A stretch of DNA of 64,000 bases from an uncultured Verrucomicrobiae bacterium (GCA_963769025.1 CAVYKI010000009.1:480001-544000); one strand, 5' to 3'; numbered from the stretch's first letter, positions 34,601 to 44,290 are shown. Made by a program: numbers and translations. Notes: generated by a model not told the origin, from the letters alone.

Positions 34601-35487
34601 TAACCAAGATCGCCGAGATAGTCGTAGTCCTCCACGAAATGACCGAGGGTGTAAGTGAGCGGCGGCGCGGTGCTCGTGTAAGTGGTCGTGGGGCCATACT
34701 GGCCGGCACTGAGAGTGGCCGAGCGTCCCTGGGCCACCGCAGCCCACGCCGGCAATGTCGTGCGGCCTGTGCTCGTGATATTGGTCGTGCCATTGGTGCC
34801 ATCGCGAAGCTGATAGCCGGAGATCATCCGTCGCACGCCGCCGATGGTGACCGTGGGCGCCGAAATGTAGCCGGTGCCTCCGTTGGTCATCGTGATCGCG
34901 GTCACGATACCGCCGGTGATGACCGCTGTCGCCGCGGCTCCGCTCCCTCCTCCGCCGGTGAAAATCACCAGTGGTGTTGATTGATACAGTGTTCCGCCAT
35001 TCGTCACCGTCGCCGATCCGACCGACCCGGCACTGAGATTCGCCACCGCAGTCGCTCCAGTGCTGCCGCCATCGTATCCGTACGGTCCGTAGAGCGGGAG
35101 TCCGTCCCGCATCCAGCCGATGATGGGCGAATGCCGGAAGGTCGCCGTCGCCAGATTTTCCGAATAGTTCTTCGTCGAGTTGTTCGCAGGCGTGCCGGCG
35201 TAGGTCACGTTGTCCCCGAGCAGATGGCGCGTGGCGATCGGGTTGACGTGGTTGTGGTACTGGCCGCTTCCCGGCTGGTGGGCGAGGGCGTAGTCGAAGG
35301 ACGATCCTTCATTCGGGAGCGCATCGCGATTCCAGATGCCGTCGCCGTTGAAGCCGCCATTCGGAGTCGCATCCTTGGCATTGGCGTTCGAGTAAGAGAA
35401 TCCGTCGGACGTGTTGAAAATGGCGACACCATCCACGAGATAGCCGATCACCCCGAGGCCCGTGAGCGTCTCCCGGCGCGGTGTCAC
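31603..35487 (-). CDS. YHYH-domain protein with three Ig-like repeats and a C-terminal sulfatase domain; 5' end appears truncated
   Basis: GVAIF, AH.....QYHNH, HSPIIGW..DG.P.YGPYGY, FVEDY, DL..YN.RFCVTPEFP.GT.AYF; NILLIIADD, CSPTR, GKWHL, FNAPH.PFH, GDNGT; compensating indels near 31750-31860. Confidence 0.8.
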   Translation of the reverse strand: MTPRRETLTGLGVIGYLVDGVAIFNTSDGFSYSNANAKDATPNGGFNGDGIWNRDALPNEGSSFDYALAHQPGSGQYHNHVNPIATRHLLGDNVTYAGTPANNSTKNYSENLATATFRHSPIIGWMRDGLPLYGPYGYDGGSTGATAVANLSAGSVGSATVTNGGTLYQSTPLVIFTGGGGSGAAATAVITGGIVTAITMTNGGTGYISAPTVTIGGVRRMISGYQLRDGTNGTTNITSTGRTTLPAWAAVAQGRSATLSAGQYGPTTTYTSTAPPLTYTLGHFVEDYDYLGDLGYTQGSKTNAGGVFFDLNQYNVRFCVTPEFPSGTWAYFTTIKADGTSIYPYLASAWYYGSATGGTRTEAQMNADTPLTLHFRGGANSALSVPSPPVTNGVVSLTWSAVEGGTYSVDASSDQSGWTSKQTGLVSTGISTGTSYNVLGSSGTEYARVNRTALAAYDATGQSAATFSQSTIQSYVIPAPNTPPTITGIGDRSILKDTSTGALAFTVGDAETAAASITVSGSSGNITLVPDANIVFGGSGANRNVTVTPAAGQTGTATITINANDGIATTGTSFVLSVQASNTPPTITGIASQSISQNTSTGALAFTVGDAETAVGGLTVSGSSGNITLVPEANIVFGGSGAGRTVTVTPANGQTGSATISVNVSDGIATTGTDFVLTVSGANTPPTFTGIASQSISQNTNTGALAFTVGDMETPLGSLTVSGSSGNITLVPNAGIVFGGSGASRTVTVTPAGGQTGTAMITVTVNDGAATMSTNFLLTVTSPVASNNILLIIADDFGIDASALYNTSPAASLAPTPEIAKIAANGVRFTNAYAYPTCSPTRSAMLTGRFGFRTGTGDVVSTAANNSLASAEFTLPKAFAANSGLGYQLKHFGKWHLTAGTGQTVNRSPCEIGGWPAFAGAISGGLASYTSWTKVISDGTAGGTSSGTVATYATTDTVNDAAAWIQAQARADKPWFAWVAFNAPHAPFHLPSPTTLCPTYASLSGTAGDITANPRSYYNAAIEAMDTEIGNLLKAADLNKTTVIFIGDNGTPNQVLQTPFPAMHGKDTLYQGGVWVPMIIRSPNVVSPGRTSDVFAHVVDLYSTILELAGISVTATVPADVTLDSQSLLPVLQNQAVTRPRDYAEQFDTSLPATGGRVLRDERYKIIRNRTGTDEFYDLQADPYETTNLLAGGIGAMTATQQSHYYRLRYQPRALHHGDRDEWHQPALRRRRLRDDCSAKCGHHSDLWRCTDLTAGFWAPVSGATSSLSGADLTFTDPAPPAGSAYYGVVTETQ
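33139..34047 (-). repeat. Three tandem ~303-bp (101-aa) Ig-like repeats
   Basis: Units start at 34047, 33744 and 33441: NTPPT.TGI.......NT.TGALAFTVGD.ET.....TVSGSSGNITLVP...IVFGGSGA.R.VTVTPA.GQTG.A.I. Confidence 0.9.
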
Positions 35488-35618
35488 AGGACGCCATTCT
35501 TGGGAGGAGCGTCCCCCAAACGTGGCGCAACTTGTTGGTGTTCCTCCAAATCAAAAGGGAAAAAATGCAAAGGGTGCGCAAAAACGGGGCAGCTTGCCGT
35601 CCTTCCCCAGTGCCCCGT

Positions 35619-35670
35619 CGCACAAGCGGGTGAGCAGCGCCGTCGCTGGCGCTACTCTCCCGCTTGTGCG
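35619..35670 (-). terminator. Long imperfect hairpin just downstream of the EF-hand gene
   Basis: CGCACAAGCGGG..GAG.AGCGCC / GGCGCT.CTC.CCCGCTTGTGCG inverted repeat 7 nt after the stop; could be a terminator or a REP-like element. Confidence 0.5.
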
Positions 35671-35677
35671 GTCTGGG

Positions 35678-36067
35678 TCATTCAACCGGAGGCCGCTGCG
35701 GGCGGCCACCACCAGCGGGAGCACCTTGGCCGCCGCCTTGCGGACGACCCGGCCCGCCTTGGCCGCCGAGACCGCCGGGCCGTTGCGGGCGAAATTCGCC
35801 CTCGGTGAGCTTCCCGTCGCCGTTCTTGTCCAGCTTCTTGAGCGATTCGGTAGCCTTGGCGAGCTCGCTGGCATCGATGATGCCGTCTTTGTTCAGGTCC
35901 AGCGCCTCGATGATCGGGCTGGGTGGGCGCGGGCCGCCGGGGCCGCCTGGTCCTCCGGGCCCGCCCCCGGGAGGAGGACCGCCTCCAGGCGGCTTGCCGT
36001 CCTGCGCGAAGTTCATGGTCGTGAGCGCGCCGATCGTCAGCGCGAGGGTGATGATGTGTTTTCTCAT
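35678..36067 (-). CDS. Secreted EF-hand protein with Gly/Pro-rich flanks
   Basis: Signal peptide; DLNKDGIIDASE and DKNGDGKLTEGE loops. Confidence 0.9.
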   Translation of the reverse strand: MRKHIITLALTIGALTTMNFAQDGKPPGGGPPPGGGPGGPGGPGGPRPPSPIIEALDLNKDGIIDASELAKATESLKKLDKNGDGKLTEGEFRPQRPGGLGGQGGPGRPQGGGQGAPAGGGRPQRPPVE

Positions 36068-36085
36068 GTTGTGTGGCTGTGTTGG

Positions 36086-37459
36086 TTACCTGGCGTTTTC
36101 GGTGCCCGCGGACGGCGCTGCTTCGATGCAGTAAAGCGCGCGGTTGGAGCGCAGAAAGATTTGGCGGTCCGCGATGGCGGGTGTCGCGTTGAACTGGGAG
36201 TCACCGCCGGCGAGCTTGTTTTGCGCGATGAGTTTGAACTCCGGCCTGGCCTCGAAGACGAACGTCCCATTCTGCCGGCTCACCGCGTAAAGTGCGCCAC
36301 CAGCGAGGACCGGTGATGCATAAAACGGCTTGCCGCCGCGCCCCGTCGCACTCGCGCCGGGGAGGCGCTCCTTGAAGATTGCGCTGCCGGGCTTTGCGTC
36401 GAGGCACGTCGCAAAGCCCGCATCGCTCACAAAGTAGAGCCGTCCCTCGTGCAGCACGGGTGTCGGCACGTATGTGCTCGTGCTGCTCGTCCACGCGATG
36501 TGCGTCTGCGTCACCTCGCCCTTGCCGCCTGTGCGCACCGCGAGCGCGCCGGTGCGCGGAAATCCACCGCACACAAACACCATGCTGTCGCCGGCGATGA
36601 CGCTGGGCGCGATATTTCCCGGCAGCCCGGTCTCGGCGAACCAGCGCAATTTGCCAGTGTCCGGATTTAGCCCCCACACCTCGCCGGGCAGTGCGAAGAC
36701 CAGTTCGGTGCGGCCTTCACGTTCCACCAGCACCGGCGTGCCAAAGCTGTAACCGAGCGCCGCGCCCTCGGCCTTCCATGCGATCTTGCCCGTCTTCTTT
36801 TCCAGCGCGACGAGCGCGCGGCCCTCCTCCGATGCGTTGATGATGACGAAGTCCCTGTAAAGGATCGGGCTGCCCGCGGAACCCCAATTCTTGCCGTTCG
36901 ATGCCGTGCCGAGGCCTGTCTGCCAGAGCTTCCGGCCCGCGAGGTCAAATGCCGCCGCGCCGCTCTTGCCGAAAAAGACATACACATGCTCGCCGTCGCT
37001 CACCGGCGTGTGGCTCGCGTAGCCGTGCTCGGTGAGAAATCCGCTGAAACTGTCCTCCGGCTGCACCGCGGGGACCGCAGCCGACCACGCGATCTTTCCA
37101 TCCGCGCGATTCACGCAGACGAGGTGCCGCTGGAGTTGCTGAATGCCACCGCTGCCCCCGTCGCCGTAGCCGGAATAGCACGTCACAAAGATGCGTTCGC
37201 CCACAACGATCGGGCTGCTCGTGCCGGGCCCGGGAAGTTCCGTCTTCCAGCGGACATTCTGCGAATCGTTCCATGTCGTCGCCGTCTTCGCATCGGCCGC
37301 GATGCCGGATCCATTGGGCCCGCGGAAGCGCATCCAATCCGCCGCGCCCACATCCGCCGCTGCGAGCATCACCACAGCCGCCACCGCATGCGCAAAGCCG
37401 CGGCAAATGTGAATCGATCGGTGCTCGCCTGAGCCGGAGTTGGGGGTCTTGAAAATCAT
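36086..37459 (-). CDS. PQQ-like beta-propeller repeat protein (BamB-like, PVC-expanded family)
   Basis: DW.RFRGPNGSG, WKT.LPG.G.SSPIV, ASHTPVSDG, GSP, YASPV, ATPAI; start uncertain. Confidence 0.85.
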   Translation of the reverse strand: MIFKTPNSGSGEHRSIHICRGFAHAVAAVVMLAAADVGAADWMRFRGPNGSGIAADAKTATTWNDSQNVRWKTELPGPGTSSPIVVGERIFVTCYSGYGDGGSGGIQQLQRHLVCVNRADGKIAWSAAVPAVQPEDSFSGFLTEHGYASHTPVSDGEHVYVFFGKSGAAAFDLAGRKLWQTGLGTASNGKNWGSAGSPILYRDFVIINASEEGRALVALEKKTGKIAWKAEGAALGYSFGTPVLVEREGRTELVFALPGEVWGLNPDTGKLRWFAETGLPGNIAPSVIAGDSMVFVCGGFPRTGALAVRTGGKGEVTQTHIAWTSSTSTYVPTPVLHEGRLYFVSDAGFATCLDAKPGSAIFKERLPGASATGRGGKPFYASPVLAGGALYAVSRQNGTFVFEARPEFKLIAQNKLAGGDSQFNATPAIADRQIFLRSNRALYCIEAAPSAGTENAR

Positions 37460-37642
37460 GGATGTCCGTGCGCATGAGACGCCATTTTTCATCCGCGCAT
37501 CATGGCCCCTCCACCTTAATGCACGATGAAGCTGCGGATTTTTTTCGGGAAAATCACATCCCGCCTGCGCACGGGTTGCCGGTCCCGACCCGCGAGAACC
37601 GCCGTGCGTCTGCCGCAGCCAATCGCACCGCATGGCAGCGCT

Positions 37643-38056
37643 TCAGGGACTGACCCTCACGATGTCCGCCGTCGCCTGAAAAAGCCCGGCGGCCTGATCG
37701 AGGACGTGAAGACTCCGCTGCTTTTCCTCCGGCGTCTTCGAGCTGAGCTCGCCATACAGCCGTTCGATTTCCCAAACCTCCTTGAGCTGGCTGGCAAGCG
37801 CCGTGGCTTCCGTTTCGCCGATGAGATCGCCGATGGCACCCACCAACTGCTGCGAGTGCGACAGCAGAATCTGGCAGCTCCCGTGCGGGTAAACGCCCTG
37901 CTTCAGCGACGCGCTGGTGTCCGCGATGTTTTTCGCGATGGCATTCAGAAAGTCTGCGACCTCCCGCTTGCGGTCTTTGCGTGCCTTGGAGAGTTCGCCT
38001 CGCAGTCCGAAGAGTTTCAGTCCTGCGTCGAGCAATGTTCCGATGATTCCTGGCAT
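37643..38056 (-). CDS. Small alpha-helical hypothetical protein
   Basis: Protein-like 137-aa ORF filling the gap, same strand as its neighbours. Confidence 0.6.
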   Translation of the reverse strand: MPGIIGTLLDAGLKLFGLRGELSKARKDRKREVADFLNAIAKNIADTSASLKQGVYPHGSCQILLSHSQQLVGAIGDLIGETEATALASQLKEVWEIERLYGELSSKTPEEKQRSLHVLDQAAGLFQATADIVRVSP

Positions 38057-38183
38057 GGTCGTTGGGGGTTGAAACGGAGTGCCCCGGATTTGCCGATGGA
38101 TACCAAGGTCAGCAGCCGCGTGATGCGGCACATTGCTAGGCGAGCGCAGCGTGGCCTTCCAGCATCTTCCCGCGTGGGGAAGC

Positions 38184-38939
38184 CTATTTCGCCGGCTCCG
38201 CGTTCCAGACCTTGATGTCCTCGAAGTAGCCGTCTTTGCCGGAGACGCCGAGTTCGATCTTGGACTTCGTCGGATGGCCGATGCCGGGGGACTTGAGGTA
38301 CGCGACCGCTTTTCCGTCGATGCTCGCGCGCATCTCCTCGCCGACGGTCTCCACGGTGAAAGTGTAGGTCTTCCCGGCTTCGTACGTGCCGGGGAACGTC
38401 GCGCTCTTGCCGGCCATCAGCTTTGCCACTTCGGCCTTCTTCGTGGGGTCGTTCCGCAATGCCTTGATCGCCTGGTTTTGACTGCCCTCGCGCTCGTCCA
38501 TGATGGTCACGCCATTCAGCGCGACGATGGCGCGGCAGAGGTGGCCATAATGCGAGCCGGTGTATTTACGATCGTCGAATTCCACATCCATCCGCGTGTT
38601 GCCCGCAAAGCGGATTTTCACCTCCACGACGCTGTCCTTGGTCGGCAGTTCGAGGCCGAAGACGGCGGCGTGGGCCTTCACCTCGGGTTTGCCGTCGGCG
38701 GCGGGGATATCCTTATCGCGGGTCTGCGTGCCCTTGAGCGCGCCCTTTTCAAAAGTGAACGTGTCCACCACGCGATGCCAGCGCTTGTCGTGCGTGTCGC
38801 CCTTGAAGTCGTCGGCAAAAAGCAGCTCCTTCTTTTTCGCGATGGGAGCGGCGGGAATGGCAGGGAGCTTGGGCGCGTCGGCGGCGAAGGCGGTGGCGGT
38901 GACGAGGCAGGTGAGGGCGAGGATGGTGCGGATGTTCAT
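38184..38939 (-). CDS. Secreted hypothetical protein, probable concanavalin/LamG-like (DUF1080-like) fold
   Basis: Signal peptide; LLF.DDF, H.AV, SPGIGHPTK, FEDIKVW pattern. Confidence 0.6.
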   Translation of the reverse strand: MNIRTILALTCLVTATAFAADAPKLPAIPAAPIAKKKELLFADDFKGDTHDKRWHRVVDTFTFEKGALKGTQTRDKDIPAADGKPEVKAHAAVFGLELPTKDSVVEVKIRFAGNTRMDVEFDDRKYTGSHYGHLCRAIVALNGVTIMDEREGSQNQAIKALRNDPTKKAEVAKLMAGKSATFPGTYEAGKTYTFTVETVGEEMRASIDGKAVAYLKSPGIGHPTKSKIELGVSGKDGYFEDIKVWNAEPAK

Positions 38940-39090
38940 TGTCGGTGGGAGCAGCGAGGCTTGCGGTAATGCGGCGGACCTTCAACGGGAAATCGTCGCG
39001 GGCCGGCGCGCGCCGTGGCGTGCGAGATATTTTTGCGCGGGGATTGAGCACACGGCGGCGGCGTGCATGCTGCGTGCTACCCAAATGAAG

Positions 39091-40492
39091 ATGAACACCC
39101 CCTCGAATCGCATCACCCCGATCACCCCGATCACCCCGATCACCCCGATCACTCGGCGGACCTTCCTGAAAAGCGGCACCGTGCTTGCAACCGGCATCGC
39201 GGCTCTCTCCTGGCAGGCGCGCGCGCAGACGAACAAGAACAGCAAGCTGCGCATCTTCCAGATCGGCGTCGGCGGCGTCGCCGGCGATGCAGCGCAAAGG
39301 TTTGAAGGGCATCCGATGGTCGAGTTCGCCGGCTTCTGCGACGTGGACCGCCGCGAGCTGGACAAAATCGCGAAGCAATTTCCCGGCGCGTGGACGGTCA
39401 CGGATTACCGCGAGGCATTTGCGAAACGCGCGGATCAGTTCGACGCGGTGATCGTCGACACGCCCGACTTTCACCACGCGCCGATGATGCTCACGGCGAT
39501 GAAGCACCACAAACACATCTACGGCCAGAAGCCGCTCGTGCATCAGCTCGACGAGCTGCGGATGATCCGCGACGGCCTCGCCGCGCGGCCAAAGCTCGTG
39601 ACGCAGATGGGCAACCAGCGCGCGTGCAAGGAGGGCCGCATGCAGGCGGTCGAGATCCTGCGCAAAAACCAGCTCGGCCGTCCCGTCGAGGCGCTACATC
39701 TGGACCGGCGGAGTCGCGCGCGGGACTTACTTCGTCGAGCCGTGGAGCGACTACACGCCGGCCAAGCCCATCCCGCCGGAACTCGACTGGGATCTCTGGC
39801 AGGTCCGCTCACCGCGAAGCTCCCCTACAGCGAAGACCTCGCGCCGCGACGCTGGCGCGCATTCTGGGAGACGGGCGGCGGACAGCTCGCCGACTGGGGC
39901 TGCCATCTCATCGACCTGCTCTACTTCGCCTACGATCTGCCGTCGCCGGAAGCGGTGCTCACACACACGATCCGCGCGGCCGGCGTCGCGCACTCCTCAC
40001 ACAACCAGAGCACGCTCACCTTCGCCGGCGGCGGCAAATTCGCGCGCGAGAAATTCGTGCTGCACTACAACGACACCGCGCTGCTGCCTTCCTTCGCCGC
40101 GCTCGGACTGCCGCGAGACGAAGGCCGGCGCGAATCACACCATGGTCGTCTGCGAGGAAGGCACGCTGCTGCTCCAGGCCGACGGCAAGATCACCATCTT
40201 CCGCAAGGGCAAGGTCGTGGACAATGAGCCGCTGCCGAAGGTCGAGCCGCGCGACCATTGGAAGGACTGGGCCGACAACTGCCTCGGCGCGAGCAAGCCG
40301 CTGTGGACGCCATTTCAGATCGGCTGGCGCATCACCGAACCCGCGCTGCTCGCGGTAAAGGCCACGCGCTACCCCGGCGAAGAGTTGCGCTGGAACGGCA
40401 CCACCTGCCGCTTCACGAATCACGACAAGGCCAACGGCGAAATCGTCTCCCGCACCTACCGCCCCGGCTTCGAGCCCCCGCAGGTGAGCTGA
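39091..40492 (+). CDS. Tat-exported Gfo/Idh/MocA oxidoreductase (several indels)
   Basis: TRRTFLK Tat motif, IG.GG, CDVD, DYRE, DAVIV.TPD.HHA, H.YGQKPL, TQMGNQ, G.LADWGCH..D. Confidence 0.88.
39112..39153 (+). repeat. 9-bp tandem repeat (ATCACCCCG)x4 encoding (ITP)4 in the Tat signal n-region
   Basis: Four perfect copies at 39112-39147 plus a partial ATCACT. Confidence 0.9.
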
Positions 40493-40511
40493 GATCACGG
40501 CATGCCGCGGG

Positions 40512-42008
40512 TCAGGATGCCGTTGCGGCGGCGCGCTGGGCGTTGAGCAATTCCAGCAATCGATCCCACTCGATGGTCACGATGGTCGTGGCGGTGTCGC
40601 TGAGGCCGTAGGGGAGGATGAGACGGCCACGGTGGAGCAGGGCGCCGCAGGTATAGACGACGTTGGGGACGTAGCCTTCGCGCTCGCTGCCCGGCGGCGC
40701 TGAGGAGCGGTTCGCTGAGTTCGGCGAGCACCTTCGACGGGATCGTCGCAGATCGAGGAGCATCGCGCCGATGCAGTATTTGCGCATCGGGCCGACGCCG
40801 TGGGTGATGACCAGCCAGCCGGCCTCGGTCTCGATGGGCGAGCCGCAGTTGCCGATCTTCACCATTTCCCACGGATGCCCCGGCCGGCGCAGGAGCTGCG
40901 GGTCGCTCCAGAAGTGCGGGTTGTCGGAGAACATCAGGAAGAGGTTTTCGTCGTCCTGCCGCGAGATCATGGCGTAGCGGCCGTCGATGCGGCGCGGGAA
41001 GAGGGCCATGCCTTTGTTCTGCACGGCGCGGCCGTTGAGCGTGAGCGCGCGGAAGTTGAGGAAATCCGTCGGTCTCGAGAAGCTGCGGCAGGATGGCGCG
41101 GCCATTGTAGGCGGTGTAGGTGGCGTAGTAGATGACGCTGCCGTCGTCCTCGACGAAGCGGACGAAGCGCGCGTCCTCCATGCCGTTGCTCTCATTGGAG
41201 GAGACGGGAAAAATGATGCGCTCGGAGACGGCGACGCGACGGGATCGAAATGGACCTCGTAGTTCGACTCCGCGAGCCAGCGCACGCACTCCATGGTGCG
41301 CTGCACTTCGCGGGGCAGCGGGCCGCTTTCCGCGGGCCGCGTGCTGCATGGCCTCTTCCAGTTCGCTGAGCGTGAAGTCGGTCGCCGAGCGATTCCATGA
41401 CGCGCGGCGGACCAGTCGTTCTCGAAGCCCATCTCCATGAGCTTGTGGAGGAAGATCGCTCTTGCGATACGTCGGGTTCGGATTCAGCCGCGGGCGCGGT
41501 GACGAAGCGCGACGGCTCATCCACGGTGATGGCGTGATCGGCGCGGATGACGCCGGTGCGAAATTCGATGGAGGAGATGTGCCCCTCGCCGGTCGCGCGC
41601 AGGCTGAGGATGAAGCGCAGTTCGCCGTCGGCGAGGCCGCGTTTGGTCCGGATGCGGCGACGATGGAGGGATTGAAGAGCGCCGCGGATTCGAGCGCGTA
41701 TTCGCCGGAGAAGAGCGCGCCGATGTAGAGCTGGCGCGCCTCGGAGAGCGGGCGGCTGCTGAAGACGTGCGCCTTCACCCGCTCGAAATGCCGCCGCCAG
41801 AACGCGCGGATATCGATGTGCCGGCTGCCGAATTCCGCGAGCACGGCGGCGAGCTGTTCCTCGGTCTCGGCCTCGCTCAGCGCGAGCGCGCGACCGATGA
41901 TATGGACGCATGCGCGCCGGGTCGCCGGGGATGAATGGGCGGATCAGACACGCGCGGCGTTGTCCGGACGGAGGTGACGCCGGTGGGCTGGATGGTCAGG
42001 CTGCGCAT
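40512..42008 (-). CDS. Glycoside hydrolase family 130 protein, long type (many indels)
   Basis: EY..ESAALFNPSIV, SLRATGEGHISSI, GMEDARFV.F, YYATYTAY.G, NKGMALFPR, GNCGSPIET..GWL..THGVG, REGYVPNVVY. Confidence 0.85.
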
Positions 42009-44290
42009 GATGTGAGCATGGTGATGGGTGCGCGCCGTCGGCGCGGGTGAGTTCGGCGAGCGAGAGGTAGAAGGCGAGGCTCGATTCCGCGCCCTGGTTT
42101 TGGTTGAGGTGATCCTGCAGGAGCGCGTCGCGGCAGCCGCCGGTCGTGGGATCGTAGAGCGGCTGGCCGAGATCGTTGCGGCCGAGGAACCACTCGAAGC
42201 AGCGCTGCGCCGCGCTTGCGCCAGAACTCATCGCGCGTGACGGCGAAAGGCCTCGAGGCACGCGGAGACCATCGCGTGCGCCTCCAGCGGCTGCTGATCG
42301 AAGCGCGCCCGCTCGCCGCCGCGCGCCCAGAAGCCGTGGCAGCCGATCGGCGCGAAGTGCCCGCCCTCCGCCGTCTGCGCCTCGAGCAGCCAGCGCAGCG
42401 AGGACGAGGCCGATCTCGAGCATCTCGCCGCTGCGAGGTCCAGTGGCCGCTCAGGATCAGCGCGTGCGAGAGCTTCGCGTTGTCGTAGGTGGCGATGCGC
42501 TCGAACCATTGCCAGTCGGGCGTCGAGTTCGCGCGGAACAAGTCCGCGAGCATGTTCGGCGAGCACATCGCGCATCTGGCTGACCACGCGGTCGCCGGAG
42601 AAGGTGCGCAGATATTCGTGAATGGCGAGCAGCGCAAACGCCCACGCGCGCGGTGAACTGAAGCGCGCCACCGGCGGCAGCCCGCGCTGAAAGAGCAGCG
42701 CGCAGAGATTGCGATGACCTTCATTCTGCGAGCGCCCGAGCGCCGTGCCGACCGCCCAGAGGGCGCGCGCGTGGCTGTCTTCCGAGCCCGTGCGTTCGAG
42801 CCACTCTCGCTCGTGGCTCATGAAATTGCGAAAGCGGCAGGTGTTCGCATCGAAGGCGTACCACAGGAACGCGAGATAGCTGCTCGCCAGCCGGTCGAGT
42901 TCCGGCTGCGGGCCGCCCATTTCCTGCAGCAGCACGGTGAAGATGAAGGCGCGCGCGTTGTCGTCCGTGCAATAGCCCTCGTGGTAGTTCGGCACGTTGT
43001 AGATCGCGTGCTGAAAGATGCCGGTGTGATCGCTCATCTTGAAGAGGTGATCGAGCTTCAGCGGCGGCATCGGGTAGTTCGCGTTCTCGACCTTGCGCAC
43101 CGCCGCCGTCTCGACGGAGGGCACGCTCAGGCTGGCGCGCGCCGCTCAAAGCTCTCCATGTAGCGCCGCGCCACCACCGGCCAGATCATCTCGCGGCCGG
43201 CTTTCCACGCGCGCTTGCGCATCGCGGTCATCAGCGTCGGGTTCGAGAGGAAATGGTTCACGCCCTCCGCGATGGCCGCGCGCATCGCGAAACGGCACGA
43301 GGATGCCGCGTTCCTCGGCGAGCAGTTCCTGCGCGTGCCAGTAGGGCGTCGAGATGATCGCCTTGCCCGCGCCGAACGTGTAGGCCAGCGTGCCGGAGGT
43401 GATCTGCGCTTCATTGAGATAGGGCGTGATGTAGATGTCCGCCGCGCCGATGAATTCCTTCAGCTCCTCGAGCGTCACGAAGCGGTTGTGGAAGATGACG
43501 CTGTCCGCGACGCCGCGTTCCGCGGCCAGCCGCTCGAGCTTCTCGCCGGTAGGCCTCGCCTTCGTGCGCGATCAGGTGCGGATGCGTCGCGCCGAGCACG
43601 ATGATAGACGACGTTCGGATGCCGCTCGAGAATCGCCGGCATCGCCTCGATCACGTACTCGATGCCCTTGTTCGGCGAGAGCAGGCCGAAGGTGAGCAGC
43701 ACGGTCTTGCCCTCCACGCCGAAGAGGTCCTTGTAGAAGTTCGAGTCGATGAACGGCATGTCGATCACGCCGTGCGGGATGAGATCGATCTTCTCCGGCG
43801 CCACGCCATAGACCGTCTCCAGCAGGTCGCGCCCGCGCTCGGCCATCACGATGAAGCGGTTGGAGAGCAGATCGAGCTGCTCCATCACCGCGCGCTGATC
43901 GTCGTTCGGCTCGCTGCAGCACGGTGTGCAGCGTCGTCACCACCGGCATCCGCACCTCGCGCAGAAAGCCGAGCAGATGACTGCCCGCCGGCGCCGCCGT
44001 AGATGCCGAACTCATGCTGCACGGAGACGACCTCGACATTGTTGATGTTGAGGAATTCCGCCGCGCGCCGGTAGGAGTCGAGTTCCTGCTCAGCGATCTC
44101 GAAGCGCACGCGCTCCGGATAGTCGTAGCCCTCCGGCCGATCGTTCACCGAACCGACGATGCACTGCGCCTGCGGGAAACTCCGCGGCGATGGCCTCGCA
44201 AATGTCCGCCGTGAAAGTGGCGATGCCGCAGCGTCGCGGCACGTAGTCGCCGAGAAAGGCGATGTGTTTGGTATTGAGGGTTGGTTCCAT
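41996..44290 (-). CDS. GT4 glycosyltransferase fused to a C-terminal (alpha/alpha) six-hairpin-like domain (many indels)
   Basis: PRRCGIATF, QHEFGIYGG, LLTFGLLSPNKGIE, QITSGTLAY, STPYWHA.ELL; C-terminal GYCTDDNARA, EDSH.R..W..G, YDNA.L, FDQQP.EA, NQGAES. Confidence 0.85.
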
